From Octopus sinensis (lineage: Eukaryota): a DNA stretch of 64,000 nt. Below are positions 1 through 11,907 of this stretch, piece by piece (the stretch's first letter is position 1; each line of letters begins with the position of its first letter). The stretch lies in the NCBI RefSeq assembly GCF_006345805.1, contig NC_043000.1:96286001-96350000 (forward strand). The letters run 5' to 3'. The translations under genes and the position numbers were made by a program. Below the pieces are notes generated by a model. That model searched no databases. It was not told the origin of the DNA and saw only the letters and a list, made by a program, of their open reading frames with translations.

Positions 1-807
1 TCGAATCCATGTTGAGATCAGCTTTACTTTTCCTGTTTTCAGAGTTGATAAAATAAAGCATCAGTCAAGTACCTGGGTCAATGTAATGAACAACTTCATC
101 CCTCTAAAATTATTGGCCCTGTGCTATAATTAGAAATAATTATATGTCTACTTTCTAGGTTTTTACATTTTTTAATGTAATTATCCAATATTAAAGAGCC
201 AGTTTGCAAAATGTCTACAGCTTTCCATCCACCACCATCCTAGCTTAATATCCAGTAGTCCCAACTAATAAGCATAGAGATAACCTAAGCTACCTTAGAC
301 TACAGCAGTAAAGTGTCTTTTACTGCCACAATATGAGCCCAATTGACAACATTATGGACAGATTTACCTCTCCTGTAGTATTGAGCTTTATAGCTCAAGT
401 ACTTTGAAATGTCTCTTAACCTGGTAACACATCTCAAAGACAACTTCAGCTGTCTTAAGATTTCTACACTGAATTTCTCCTGCTCTCATAAAGCCATGGT
501 GAACACATGTAGCATCACTATGATGAGATATGGTTTTCCTGCCATAGTGACCCCTCTAGTATAAATAACTTGATAGCTAATTTTCCCATCATCCTACCAA
601 AACATTCAAGATTTGGAAGGTTTTCCCAAACTGATATTCCTTTTTCTACCAATCAAACCTATAAATGTTTAATGAAGGGAATTACAGAAGAGCTAAGTAT
701 TTCCATAATGATATGGGGGTAGCAATTTTAGTTATCTAACTTTTATAGCTTGTATTTGTTACAAATAGGTAAATACACACAAAATTTTTTTTCTTAAATA
801 TGCCTAC

Positions 808-948
808 TTTTTCTTTTTCATCTTCTATCTCTTTTTCTGAATGCATTTTCACATGTGACTGAATGGCTAGCCAATTGCGTCTCTTTGCTCGAGCTGTTGT
901 TTTGTCAGCATGCATTTTGCAGTATGCAAAAAATGGATCAGCAATATC
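808..948 (-). CDS. PHF14: PHF14 exon 11 (DIADPFFAYCKMHADKTTARAKRRNWLAIQSHVKMHSEKEIEDEKEK)
   Basis: cAG acceptor 950-949, GTAGGC donor at 807, 141 nt, phase 0/0; inside ORF 736..969. Confidence 0.93.
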
Positions 949-1102
949 CTGAAATAACAAAATAATCAAAAATTGAAGAATTTTTTTCTACTGTGTCATC
1001 ACACACAAGACTGATAATTGAAACATTGATAATTTAAAATATTCTCTCAAGACAAATACTACAGTTTATATATATGTAAATATATATATATATATACACA
1101 CA

Positions 1103-2337
1103 CAGGGTACAATGGCTAAATTGTCGTCATTTTATATTTTTAATTTCAAAAATGTGCATTGTTTGTTTTTGATTTTGTCAACTATACAGTATAATAGGGT
1201 CAGTTGGGCACCGTCTGTGAGAAAACAGCACCATGACGCAATTCACCCTGCCAGAAGCTCCAATATGAACATTTCAGTGCTTAGGTGTCAATTTGAGGAC
1301 AGTGCAGAGGATTCGAAAGAGTTGGATGAGTTTAATGGCGATTGTGAAGGCAATGGCAGCTTGGAAAACTCACTTTGATTGTTCTGATAAGAAAAGAACT
1401 CCTGAATTTGTTGGTGAGATCTGGGACATGATTGACAACAATCTCTCCAAGTCAATCAAGTCCATTGCCAGGGACATCGGAGTGTCTGAGTCTCTTATCA
1501 GGCAAGTAGTGCATGAAAACATTTGGTGTTCCTCATGCAAGATGAGAAAGGGACAATCTTTATCTCAAGCCACCAAGGACAAGAGGAAAGATCACACTAC
1601 GAAGCTTTCAAACAAACTCAAGCATCCTCTTCAACTGAACATGCTTTGGTTTTTCTCATATGAGAAAAATTTCTGCCAGGATCAGATGGTAAACACACAG
1701 AACAACCATTGGCTAGTTATGTCTCCAAAACATGTACTGAGAGTGATAAAAATCAAACACCCAGTCAACGTCACTAGTGATGATGATGTTATACCTCCAT
1801 TCATCTTCCCACATGGCTTCAGACTCAACACAGAGGCTTACATCAAGTGCCTGGAGGAGATAGTGCTGTCCTGGGTCAAGAGGGTGGCTGCTGGAAGACC
1901 CTATTTCTGGTAACAGGACTTTGCACCATGCCACACAATCAGAACCCAGTTATGGCTGTCTGACAATTTCTGTGACCACATCATCCCTAACATCTGGCAA
2001 CCTAATTCCCCAGACTGCAACCCCCTTGATTATTATGTGTGGGGAGCAGTTGAGCGAGAGACCAACAAAACTCCTTGTAACACCAAAGATGAAGTGAAGG
2101 CAAGGATTATGGCAGCATACACCAACTTAAACAAGGAGTCTGTCCAGAAGAGTTGCAGGAGATTCCAAAGTCGTCTGGAGGCCATGGTTGAAGCCAACAG
2201 TGATTTAATTGAATAAATTTACTCTTTAGTATCTGAAGATATTTTAATGTAATTTTGGTAAATATATGTTAAAATGAGATGTCAGTGTTATTTTCATTTT
2301 TGTGTAACTTAAATGACAATTTATTCATCATACTCTG
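1103..2337 (+). mobile_element. Decayed Tc1/mariner (IS630-Tc1-mariner, maT-like) DNA transposon
   Basis: Imperfect TIRs CAGGGTACAATGGCTAAATTGTC / rc CAGAGTATGATGAATAAATTGTC, 3' TA; frameshifted transposase with QD.APCHT and W.PNSPDCNPLDYYVW. Confidence 0.85.
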
Positions 2338-2787
2338 TATATATACACAAATACACACACATTAATATTGAACAATGGGAATGAGTGCTCAACACCACAT
2401 TGATGGATACAGATTTGTTATTTATAGGTTAAGGCTACCATTAGTTTCAGGTTATAAGAGAAATCCCTTAACAATTACCAAACCTGCAACATGGAGCACT
2501 GGTGTTTGTCTTCACACACACACATATAATATTATATATGATGGGCTTCTTTCAGTTTCCATCACTTACAAGGCTTTGGTTGGCTCAGGGCTATAGTATA
2601 GCACATTTACCCAAGGTGCCATACAGTGGGATTGAACCCAAAATCATGTGGTTGGGAAGTAAACTTCTTAACCACACAGTCACACCTGAGCCTGCCTTCA
2701 TTTTTAGAGTATAACAGGGATTATTGAAAAAATGTGATTTAGAAGTTTTCATGAAGAAATCAGATCATTAATAGTAGTAGTACATAC

Positions 2788-2836
2788 CATTACTTCTTCA
2801 GGAGGAGCTTCAGCTAATAAACCTTCTCGTTGAGCA
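2788..2836 (-). CDS. PHF14: PHF14 exon 10 (CAQREGLLAEAPPEEVM)
   Basis: cAG/GTATGT, 49 nt, phase 2/0; matches CAQKEGLLSEA. Confidence 0.92.
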
Positions 2837-4027
2837 CTGCATTAGAAATTAACAAAAATATTTTCAGATGGAGAAAAATCAAAGGGCTTTGCAAAGACTT
2901 TTGAGAAATTATTTATGACTTATTAAAAGAAAATTAAAGAATTATAGTATAATTAATGAAGCTGAAAATATGATAATTTGAGGAATTATTTTATTGTAGC
3001 ATGTTTTCACTATGATGTGAAAACCATTCATCACAAGATTTTATTAAAAGATTGCATTACAATTAATCATGGATGTACACATGGCTGTATTATTAAGAAG
3101 TTTGCTTTGCAGCTACATTTTTTTGAGCTGGAATGCACTGCACAGCACCTTAAATATCTTTTACCATAGCCGTCTGTGTATCATACACACATATAAACCA
3201 TTCACAGGTATGATGCTGTGGATTTATTCCACGAGAAAATTTCTTCGTATACATATTGTACTGACAACAAAATATATTGGAGTGAGACAAACATTAGCCC
3301 AGCAGTGACTCCATGCCTAAAAATAATTCCTCCCTACCCAACATATAGAAAATTGTGATTAATACATTCACTGATGTTACAGAAAGCTTGTTGGGCTGTA
3401 ATAAACTCAGTGTATGCAACTGAAGCAGAATTATATGAAAATCATCATTTGTATACCATACTTAACGTGTACATACATCTGAAAGGCATGATACTATAGT
3501 TTTTGTCGGAGAGAAACTGGTTTCATTGACATGTATCAAAAACAATAAGTGTTACATGCCCTGCTCTGCTTAAACAATTAAAGAAAGAAAACACTGAAGA
3601 TATTGAAAAATGATATAAATTGTTATTTAAGAGTACACAGCAGGTTGAATTTAATAATAGAGCAACTGTGAAGGGTTGAAATGTTGTAAACATTGATTGA
3701 CTCTGTATTGCACTTAACTTACAATAACCTCAACCACCTAGTGTTAAATAAGTATACAGTTCACTACTTTAGGGAACAGGAGCATTGTATAATCAACAAA
3801 TGTTTTATAAGCTGGAAACTGGAGATGGCATTGGGAAGTTATATCATTGTATATTTTTCCTGAACCGCAACAAAAGGATAAAGATTATGGTGATGCATCA
3901 ATAAATCCAATGGATTACAAAACATTATTATTTTCCTTTTGAAGGAAACAGAAAAGAAAATAAACATTCTTAAAAACGTGTTAAAAAAACTAAAAGGAAA
4001 ACCACAGAATAACGATAAGAATCTTAC

Positions 4028-4122
4028 CAAGTAACATGGAAGTAAGCCCGGCACATTCCTGCATCACAGCTAATACACACTCCAGTTCGACTAAAGCGGT
4101 TATCTTCACATAATGAACAGTC
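4028..4122 (-). CDS. PHF14: PHF14 exon 9 (DCSLCEDNRFSRTGVCISCDAGMCRAYFHVT)
   Basis: tAG/GTAAGA, 95 nt, phase 0/2; ePHD cysteines. Confidence 0.95.
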
Positions 4123-4319
4123 CTAATAAAGAAATAACGATAGTATTGCAGTATTTCAGTTGAAAAACCGTTTTAAATCAACACAGCAATTAACAGATAA
4201 ACCATCCAATCATACACATGCTGCAAAACTGAAAAGTAAGCTTTCATAGTTCTAGAAGGGCAACAAACCTGACATTTGAAGGGACTCTGTGACTATTGAT
4301 ATATATATATACATACATC

Positions 4320-4650
4320 CAGCGCTGCCCCGACTGGCCTCGTGCCGGTGGCACGTAAAAAGCACCATCCGTTCGTGTCCGTTGCCAGCCTCACCTGGCC
4401 CTCGTGCCGGTGGCACATAAAAAGCACCATCCGTTCGTGGCCGTTTGCCAGCTCTGTCTGGCACCTGTGCGGGTGGCACGTAAAAAGCACCCACTACACT
4501 CACGGAGTGGTTGGCGTTAGGAAGGGCATCCAGCCATAGAAACACTGCCAGATTTGACTGGGCCTGATGAAGCCTTCTGGCTTCACAGACCCCAGTAGAA
4601 CCATCCAACCCATGCTAGCATGGAAAACGGACGCTAAACGATGATGATGA
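4320..4650 (+). mobile_element. RTE-tail SINE
   Basis: GTTGGCGTTAGGAAGGGCATCCAGC...CCAACCCATGCTAGCATGGAAA..GACG.TAAACGATGATGAT, shared with RTE 3' ends; >15 copies in the window. Confidence 0.8.
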
Positions 4651-4760
4651 TATATAATACTTAAACATATAAAAGGGAAATGGAAAATTAATTAAAATTT
4701 TCACTTCCAGTGGCCTAACGTGTAAAAATTTAGTCCCAAAAGACTATGAATTAGTCATAA

Positions 4761-5185
4761 TATATAGTGTACATTTAAACACATAAGGAATCCACTCGTG
4801 GAATTCAACACACTAGAAAGAACAGCTAGGTTCTATAACCACAAAAATTAGGGATAAAATTCGACAGGAACGAAATGAAAAATAAAAACATTTTACCATC
4901 AAGTTTCCTGGACCAATTGGTTTCTGATTTTAGTTTAGCAAGCAAATAATATTTGCTCACGAGGTGAAATCATTGCCAACAGGTACACTTTGGGTTAACC
5001 CAAGGTGTACCTGAAAATCAGAAACCAATTGGTCCAGGAAATTTGATGTTAAAATGTTTTTATTTTTCATTTCGTTCCTGTCGAATTTTATCCCTAATTT
5101 TTGTGGTTATAGAACCTAGCTGTTCTTTCTAACGTGTTAAATTCCACGAGTGGATTCCTTATGTGTTTAAATGTACACTATATAT

Positions 5186-5186
<1 letters not shown>
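4761..5186. repeat. Long inverted repeat (foldback), arms ~4761-4933 and 5011-5186, with inner 34-bp palindrome 4980-5013
   Basis: Arms read as near-exact reverse complements. Confidence 0.9.
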
Positions 5187-5228
<42 letters not shown>

Positions 5229-5483
5229 TTAAATAATAAGGGTGAAAAATTGAATATTAATTTGATTAATATCAATTTAAAACCAATGGTCTAGCATATT
5301 AAAATCTGAAGATTCAGAAAAATTATATTACATACATATAAGAGGGATGACCACTACATGGACATCCATTATGCTAGAAGTAGATCCGCTATGGTCTTAC
5401 CACTAAGAAAGGAATGTTCTCAAGAAAAATTTAGCAAACGCCAGAAGGTAAGCGAGCAAGAAAATGAAAAGAAACAAAATATA

Positions 5484-5549
5484 GATTAAGTACAAACTAG
5501 TTTCGCTATTACCACTTACGTAATTGTCCGTAGCTCATCAGTATGATCA
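5484..5549 (-). ncRNA. Mirror-image hammerhead motif (palindromic CTAG helix III, weakened helix I)
   Basis: rc reads GATCATA-CTGATGA-GCTA..TAGC-GAAA-CTAG-TT-TGTACTT. Confidence 0.5.
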
Positions 5550-5733
5550 TCATTGCAAATATAATTCGCAGAACTATACACGAGACGCCCGCATGAAATT
5601 GAACATGTATACAGTTCTACCAATTACGAGGACTTTTAAAAGATAACCCCAAGTGTAATTGGTAGAACTGTATACATATTCAATCTCATGCGGACGTCTC
5701 GTGTATAGTTCTGCAAATAATATTTGCAATGAC

Positions 5734-5806
5734 GATCATACTGATGAGCTATGGATGATTACGTGAGTATTTATGTAAGTGGTAATAGCGAAACTGGTTT
5801 GTGATT
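5734..5806 (+). ncRNA. Type I hammerhead ribozyme motif (minimal)
   Basis: GATCATA-CTGATGA-GCTA..TAGC-GAAA-C(TG)G-T-T-TGTGATT: 7-bp helix I, intact core, 4-bp helix II, minimal helix III, GUU triplet. Confidence 0.65.
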
Positions 5807-5957
5807 AATCGATATTTTGTTTCTTTTCATTTGTCTTGCTCACTTATATTCTGGCGTTTGCTAAATTTTTCTTGAGAACATTCCTTTCTTAGTGGTAAGA
5901 CCATAGTGGATCTACTTCTAGCATAATGATGTCCACGTAGTGGTCATCCCGCTTATA

Positions 5958-6250
5958 TCATCATCATCATCATCATCATCGTTTAACGTCCGCTTTCCGC
6001 GCTAGCACGGGTTGGACGGTTTGACCGGGTCTGGGAAGCCAGGGGCCGCACCAGGCTCCAGTCTGAATCTGGCAGAGTTTCTACGGCTGGATGCCCTTCC
6101 TAACGCCAACCACTCCGTGAGTGGATTGGGTGCTTTTTACGTGCCACCTGCACAGGGGCCGGAGGGTCCGGCATCGTCACGATCGGTTCGAGCATTTTAA
6201 CGTGTCAGCGGCACATGGGCAACGAGGTCCGGGGTACTTTGGGGATCCAG
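5958..6250 (-). mobile_element. RTE-tail SINE (antisense)
   Basis: Reverse complement of the same consensus with (CAT)n. Confidence 0.8.
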
Positions 6251-6850
6251 GGTACTTTGGGGATCCGGGGTACTTAGAATGAGTAGGGGGTATGTGGAAT
6301 TGCTGCAGAAAGCAGCCCGGGTCTTTGTAGTCACAGCATTTATCATCACTGAGTAACGTAATTAGGTAGAGGAAAGAAATACAGATATTCTAGAGTTGAG
6401 TTGGGGAGGGGGAGGTCCAGTTGAGGCGGGTAATATAGGAGGGCAACCAGTGGGGAAGGTTGGGGTAAGGAGGAACGATGGCAGGAAGGGTTGGTGTAGG
6501 TTCCTAAGAAATAAAAACATAGGATATACGAGGCGGGAGGGTGCTAAAGGGGATAGTCGGAATGAGGCAGTGTCAGGAGGAAGCATAAGATCGGTGGGCA
6601 GTTGATGAGCTATGGCGCTAGCAGCTTGTCTTTTCACAGTGAAAGCATATGAGGAGAAGGGGTAGGGGGGGGAGGGGGAGGGAGTAGGGCGTACCCGGTG
6701 TAGATGAGTAAGGCGTATCCGGTGTAGATGGTGAGGACAGGGTATACTGGTATTGGTGGTGGGAGGTGAGGAACAGTGTTCACCGGTATTGGTGGTGGGG
6801 GTGAGAACAGTGTTCATCGGTATTGGTGGTGGGGGTGGGGGGGCGGGCGC

Positions 6851-7373
6851 ACCGCCAATGGCTGAAATGGCTGAGAGATGGGAAGAGATGGGAAGAGATA
6901 GGATTACGGCTTGAGGTAGCCTGGCCTAAGGTTAAATTTTGTAGAGAGAGATAGAAAGATAAATCAAGTTATGGCGAAGGCTTGAAAGTAGCCTAAAAGG
7001 TTAAATTTTCGTAACAATGTATGAAGAAACGTAGTAACAACGAATAAAATAGTAAGATAAATTTTTAAGAACTTGCTGCGGACATCGAACGGGAGTTGAA
7101 ATTGAATTGGGAATTTAAATTATAGAATCGTAATGGTGAGAGGAGGAAAAAAGACCGCCAATGGCTGAAATGGCTGAGAGATGGGAAGAGATGGGAAGAG
7201 ATAGGATTACGGCTTGAGGTAGCCTGGCCTAAGGTTAAATTTTGTAGAGAGAGATAGAAAGATAAATCAAGTTATGGCGAAGGCTTGAAAGTAGCCTAAA
7301 AGGTTAAATTTTCGTAACAATGTATGAAGAAACGTAGTAACAACGAATAAAATAGTAAGATAAATTTTTAAGA
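6851..7373. repeat. Two apparently identical 220-bp direct repeats (6851-7070, 7154-7373)
   Basis: Direct reading; 83-bp spacer. Confidence 0.92.
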
Positions 7374-7857
7374 GTAGATGTATATATATATATATAGTTG
7401 AAATTTACAGAAAAGCAAAAGACGAAGACAGATACATAAACAACAAACAGGTATATTAGTTTGACGCTCAGGAAGGCGAGAAAGTCTTAACAGAAAGGAA
7501 CACAAGGAAATAAACAGAGAGAGAATAAAAAAAGCTTTTGGAGCTAGCAGACGATATATAAATACACATATATGTATATTATATATACAAACACAAACGC
7601 ATTACATATATATGCATATATGGGTACAGGACATCACAAACAGTAAACAACATGAAATACGAAAACAAATAATTTGAATACGCAAACAACAAGAGAAACA
7701 AATGGAAAACAGGACAAGTAACATAGAGAACGACTCTTCATCAGTTGTTGGCTGCCTATCTACTCCTCATTTCAAGTATTGAACGACAATATGAGTCTTC
7801 AAAGGCAGTTGCTCCCACAAAAGCCAAAATAAAATTTGGGATTTTATGGATGGTCAA

Positions 7858-7912
7858 AGTAGATAGATAGATAGATAGATAGATAGATATAGATAGATAG
7901 ACAGACAGATAG
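7858..7912. repeat. (AGAT)n microsatellite
   Basis: Direct reading. Confidence 0.9.
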
Positions 7913-7953
7913 TCTAAAAGAAACATTGTAGCAATTGATAAAGAATTAATTAC

Positions 7954-8065
7954 TTTGGCTCCCCATCTTGCATATGGCATTTCAAATAATGTGACAGCAC
8001 TCAGTCGGTCAACATCTCCAAATGCTACACCTGGGGTATATAATGCACACACCAAATGAACCCAT
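7954..8065 (-). CDS. PHF14: PHF14 exon 8 (WVHLVCALYTPGVAFGDVDRLSAVTLFEMPYARWGAK)
   Basis: cAG/GTAATT, 112 nt, phase 2/0; inside ORF 7756..8214. Confidence 0.95.
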
Positions 8066-10082
8066 CTGAAGAAAAACAAAAAGATTAAAATCACCAATGA
8101 ACCAATGATTATAAGTAACATCAATTTTATCAACACCTTTTTACCATTATACTGATGTCTTACATGGGCAGAAGGCTTACATGATTTATATGGGAAAGGG
8201 AATACATTTCTCAATAATAGGTGAAATGACTACATCATTTAATTTGGAGGAGAATGTAAGCATTGAGAAGAAAACTGTAAAAAAAAAACCTGTGAATTAA
8301 GTCCTTTGCTAGACCTGTTTTGCACTAAGTTAATGGTACAGAATCATGTTACTTTTGCTGTTTAAAAATCCAATGAACCAATGATATTACTCCAAGTTAT
8401 TTAGAATGGTGCTCTAACGTTCTCAAATATTCGTCAGCTCTTTCTTTCAACTATATAGAAAGTTGATTCCCAGGAGAAATAGTCAAAATGACTTGTATCT
8501 ACTCTGGTATCATCTTAATTGGGCTTTTTATCTATCATTAGGGGGATGGAAAAATAAAATCAACACTGTGGTATTTGAAATAAGTTTAATATGGAAATAA
8601 ATAAATAAAATAAAACAATCAGATATTTTTTATAGCACACTAAAAAAAAAAGGATATTTTTATAGTATATAGACTAGAAATTCACTAGCTATGCTGCAAT
8701 AGGAAAACATTTATAGAATTGATATGCTTCTGGCTAATTGGAAAACAGCAAAAAGTGAAAGACACAGAAGAATTTGCATGAGGTTTGTAAAATGTAACTC
8801 TCGGAGTAAGTAGATTAACATCTCAGTGCAACAGTATGTATTGTATAGTTACTATTTATCAGTGGTTCTTAACCACTCTTTTTTTGTAGCATCCCTTTTC
8901 AAGTAGTAGTTATGCCTAGTACCTACCTAAATAGCAAGTGAGGTATCACTACTAAACTAACTTAACCTAGAGGATAATTTATAAATTTTACTCAAAAAAC
9001 GGATTGTATAGGCTTTTAATAGTGAAATGATAAAAAATGAAGGAAGACAAAAGTTGTAAATTTACTTTAAACATTGCAAGTTAATGACTTCCTGTGTCTG
9101 AAGAGACCTGGCTAAATTTTATAAATCAGGTTGAGCAACTGTGTAGATTCTACACGGTTATTTGAAACAATCCAATGTATAGAAATGAAGAATAAATAAA
9201 TGACACATGATGGATGGTGTGATAGAAGTAATGTAACCAAGAATGGGTAATTTAAGAAATAATACATTATATAGTTACTTAATCACCTGTGCAGAGAGGC
9301 ATAGTACAAGTAAGCTGGGCTCATAACCCAGAGTTCTGTAGACTGAAACTAACTCTGAAGAAATGCATACTATTTTTTGATATTTAGACATTGCAACTGA
9401 ATCATTTACAAATATACTAACTATATACATGTATATATGCCTACAGGGATACATACAAATTATATTATGCAACAGAAATATATACAGGGTCAAGGGGGTC
9501 ACCAACAGACTAGGGTACAATAAAACCCAAGTTGCATAGTGGACATAAATAACAACAGGACTTGTAGCAGTGGTTCTCAACCAGGGTCCATATGAGATTT
9601 TGTTAAAATTTATCTGCAATAATTGGTTATACTTCAAAAATAAAAAATATATTTTAACAACAATTATTAATACTATTTAAGTATACAAATATAAGATTCT
9701 TTTAAACATTGAGGATCTAGTACAGTAAAATGGGAATTAAAGCAGTCTATAGGACAAAAATGGTTGAGAACCACTGGTACATAGGATATATAGCATATAT
9801 ATCCAGCCAAGATATTCTGTTTTATGTTCAAACTGGCCAGATTTAGCCTCTCACACCAACCTTACAGTGTCATTCTAAAGCTAAGCAATCACACCACCGA
9901 AATCTCAAAGCTATGAAATAATGCATGATTCATTCAAAAGAATGTGAATAAATAAGCATCACATTTGACAGAGTAATCCGGATGCTAAAGGGTTAGTTTG
10001 TTTTATTGATAAAGAAAATAAAATGAAGAAAATCTAGAAGTGAGATTAAGGATAGCAGAAATTATATTTTGGTTATACTTAC

Positions 10083-10138
10083 TTGCCTGCATCTGTTTCT
10101 TTAAAAATTCCACCATAGTTTGGACATAATTCGCAACT
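10083..10138 (-). CDS. PHF14: PHF14 exon 7 (SCELCPNYGGIFKETDAG)
   Basis: tAG/GTAAGT, 56 nt, phase 0/2. Confidence 0.94.
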
Positions 10139-10476
10139 CTATCAGGCAGGGAAAGATTAAAGAAACAAAAATAATAACAAATAAAAAAGGGTTAATTTCT
10201 TTTCATCTTGCAAATCTTTTATCTTAGAAAAAGATTTATGGGTTAAAACAAAAAATATATTTTATGGATATTGGAAGGAGAAAGGTAAAGCTGACATAGG
10301 CAAGATATGAACTCAGAATATAATGAGACTTAAATACCACTAGGTAATTTACCTGGTGCTCTATTGATTCTGCAAATCTACTGTCCCATTACTTATGGTC
10401 ATTGATAATATAATTATTCTCATCAGTACTAACTGCCCACTTTATGTTTAAATGCTATTTAATATATGATGTATTA

Positions 10477-10690
10477 AGGCAGCAAGCTGGCAGAATTGTT
10501 AGCATGCTGGACAAAATGCTTAGCAGCATTTCATCCGACTTTGTTCGGAGTTCAAATTCAGCGAAAGTCAACTTTGCCTTTCATCCTTTTAGGGCTGATA
10601 AAATAAGTCCCAGTTGAGTACCGGGATCAATGTAATTGACTAGTCCCGTCTCCCAAAACTGCGGGCCTTGTGTCAAATTTGTAACCAATA
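10477..10690 (+). mobile_element. tRNA-derived SINE (GGCAGCAAGCTGGCAGAA family)
   Basis: A/B-box-like head, GAGTTCAAATTC; same family at 1-150, 20208-20600, 47640-47830, 48650-48850. Confidence 0.7.
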
Positions 10691-11683
10691 TGATATGATG
10701 TATTTGTGAGCCTTATTGGTGTTCCCACTAATAAGACTCATAAATACAACATACCATACTCAGGTATGATAAACATTAGGCTGTTTATTATACCTGAATA
10801 AAACGTTCTTATGTTGCCCAATGTGGCCATCGAAATCCTAGCTGTGACGACAAATTTGCTGTCACCTGTTATTGAAATAATTTGCAAAATGAGCTCACAG
10901 AATACATTTCTCTGCATGCACTTCTCAGGGATTCCTCCTCATTTTTTTAACATCCACTTTTCCATGCACATAATGTGTGTGTGTGTGCGTGCGCACCTGT
11001 CTGTCTGCATATGCATAAATACATACATACATACATATATTCACATAGGCATGGTTATGCGGTTAAGAAGCTTGCTTCCCAACTATGTGGTTTCAGGTTC
11101 AATTCCATTGTATGGCAACTTGAGCAAATGCATTCTATTATATCCTTTGGCTGATCAAAGCTTTCTAAGTAAATTTTCTAGACAGGTGTGTGTGTGTGTG
11201 TGTGTGTCCTTGTCTTGATATTGTGTGATGGTTGCAAATGAGTGTCATTCCTTTCTATTCCTCTGCAAAAAAACATTTCTGATCATGGAGAAATGTTACT
11301 TTGCAGTGAAACAGACAAGGGTTAGTGACAGGAATCAAGTTGTAGAAAATCTACTTCAATGAATCCCTTCTGACCCATGCAAGCACAGAAATGTGGACAT
11401 TAAAATGATGATATACATACATCCACACACACAAGTATTCCTTTGTTTGACTCTAAAGCCTTGCTTTTTTCCTGCTTCAATGTTCACACCTGACATCTGA
11501 CACAGGAAACTCAGGGTAACCCCAGAATGAATCCTTAACCATTAAAAATGAATGAATTTTACGATATCATAAACATTAAGTATTTGGAGTTACAAGCAAC
11601 AAGTATATTTATTTTTTCTTTTGTTTGTATATCAACACATTATAAAAGACAAAACCCAAAATCTAAGTTTCGTGACTACTTAC

Positions 11684-11784
11684 AGGTTTAACACCAGCTT
11701 TACAAGCATCACAAAACCAAGGTTCTGTACTTGCAGATGATTCTGTGCTTGCAGCAGACTGGTTATCACTAATTCCATAACAAC
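11684..11784 (-). CDS. PHF14: PHF14 exon 6 (GCYGISDNQSAASTESSASTEPWFCDACKAGVKP)
   Basis: cAG/GTAAGT, 101 nt, phase 1/0. Confidence 0.94.
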
Positions 11785-11907
11785 CTGCAGTGAACAAATT
11801 TTTGTTGACATAATCAATACAGAAAGTTTAAGTCATAAAATTCCTTTGTAAATATAAGATCATTCATAATAAAACAAAGCCACAACAACAATTACATTAT
11901 AATAATA

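Larger units (their letters stand above)
5336..5958. repeat. Long inverted repeat, arms 5336-5627 and 5655-5958, 27-nt loop; Penelope-like-type non-autonomous element
   Basis: Arms are reverse complements with scattered substitutions and an ~11-nt indel; next to a (TA)n tract; carries hammerhead cores. Confidence 0.9.

Noticed and set aside
100-700. Possible PHF14 exon 12
   Set aside because: No frame matched the expected ARINARL..YR/RPLTSSASA peptide; the next exon is probably left of the window.
3462-3478. 17-nt AG/GT-bounded segment that would act as a poison exon in PHF14 intron 9
   Set aside because: Poor polypyrimidine tract and no supporting evidence; such matches are expected by chance.
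4562-4590. CTGATGA-AGCC-TTCT-GGCT
   Set aside because: A mutated SINE segment (consensus CCTGGTGCAGCC) with no GAAA core.
4780-4820. GGAATCCAC-TC-GTGGAATTC stem in the first foldback as a possible hammerhead helix II
   Set aside because: Neither CUGANGA nor GAAA flanks it on either strand.
7715-7752. CTGATGA followed by an AGAG/CTCT stem on the - strand
   Set aside because: No GAAA after the stem, so not an intact hammerhead.
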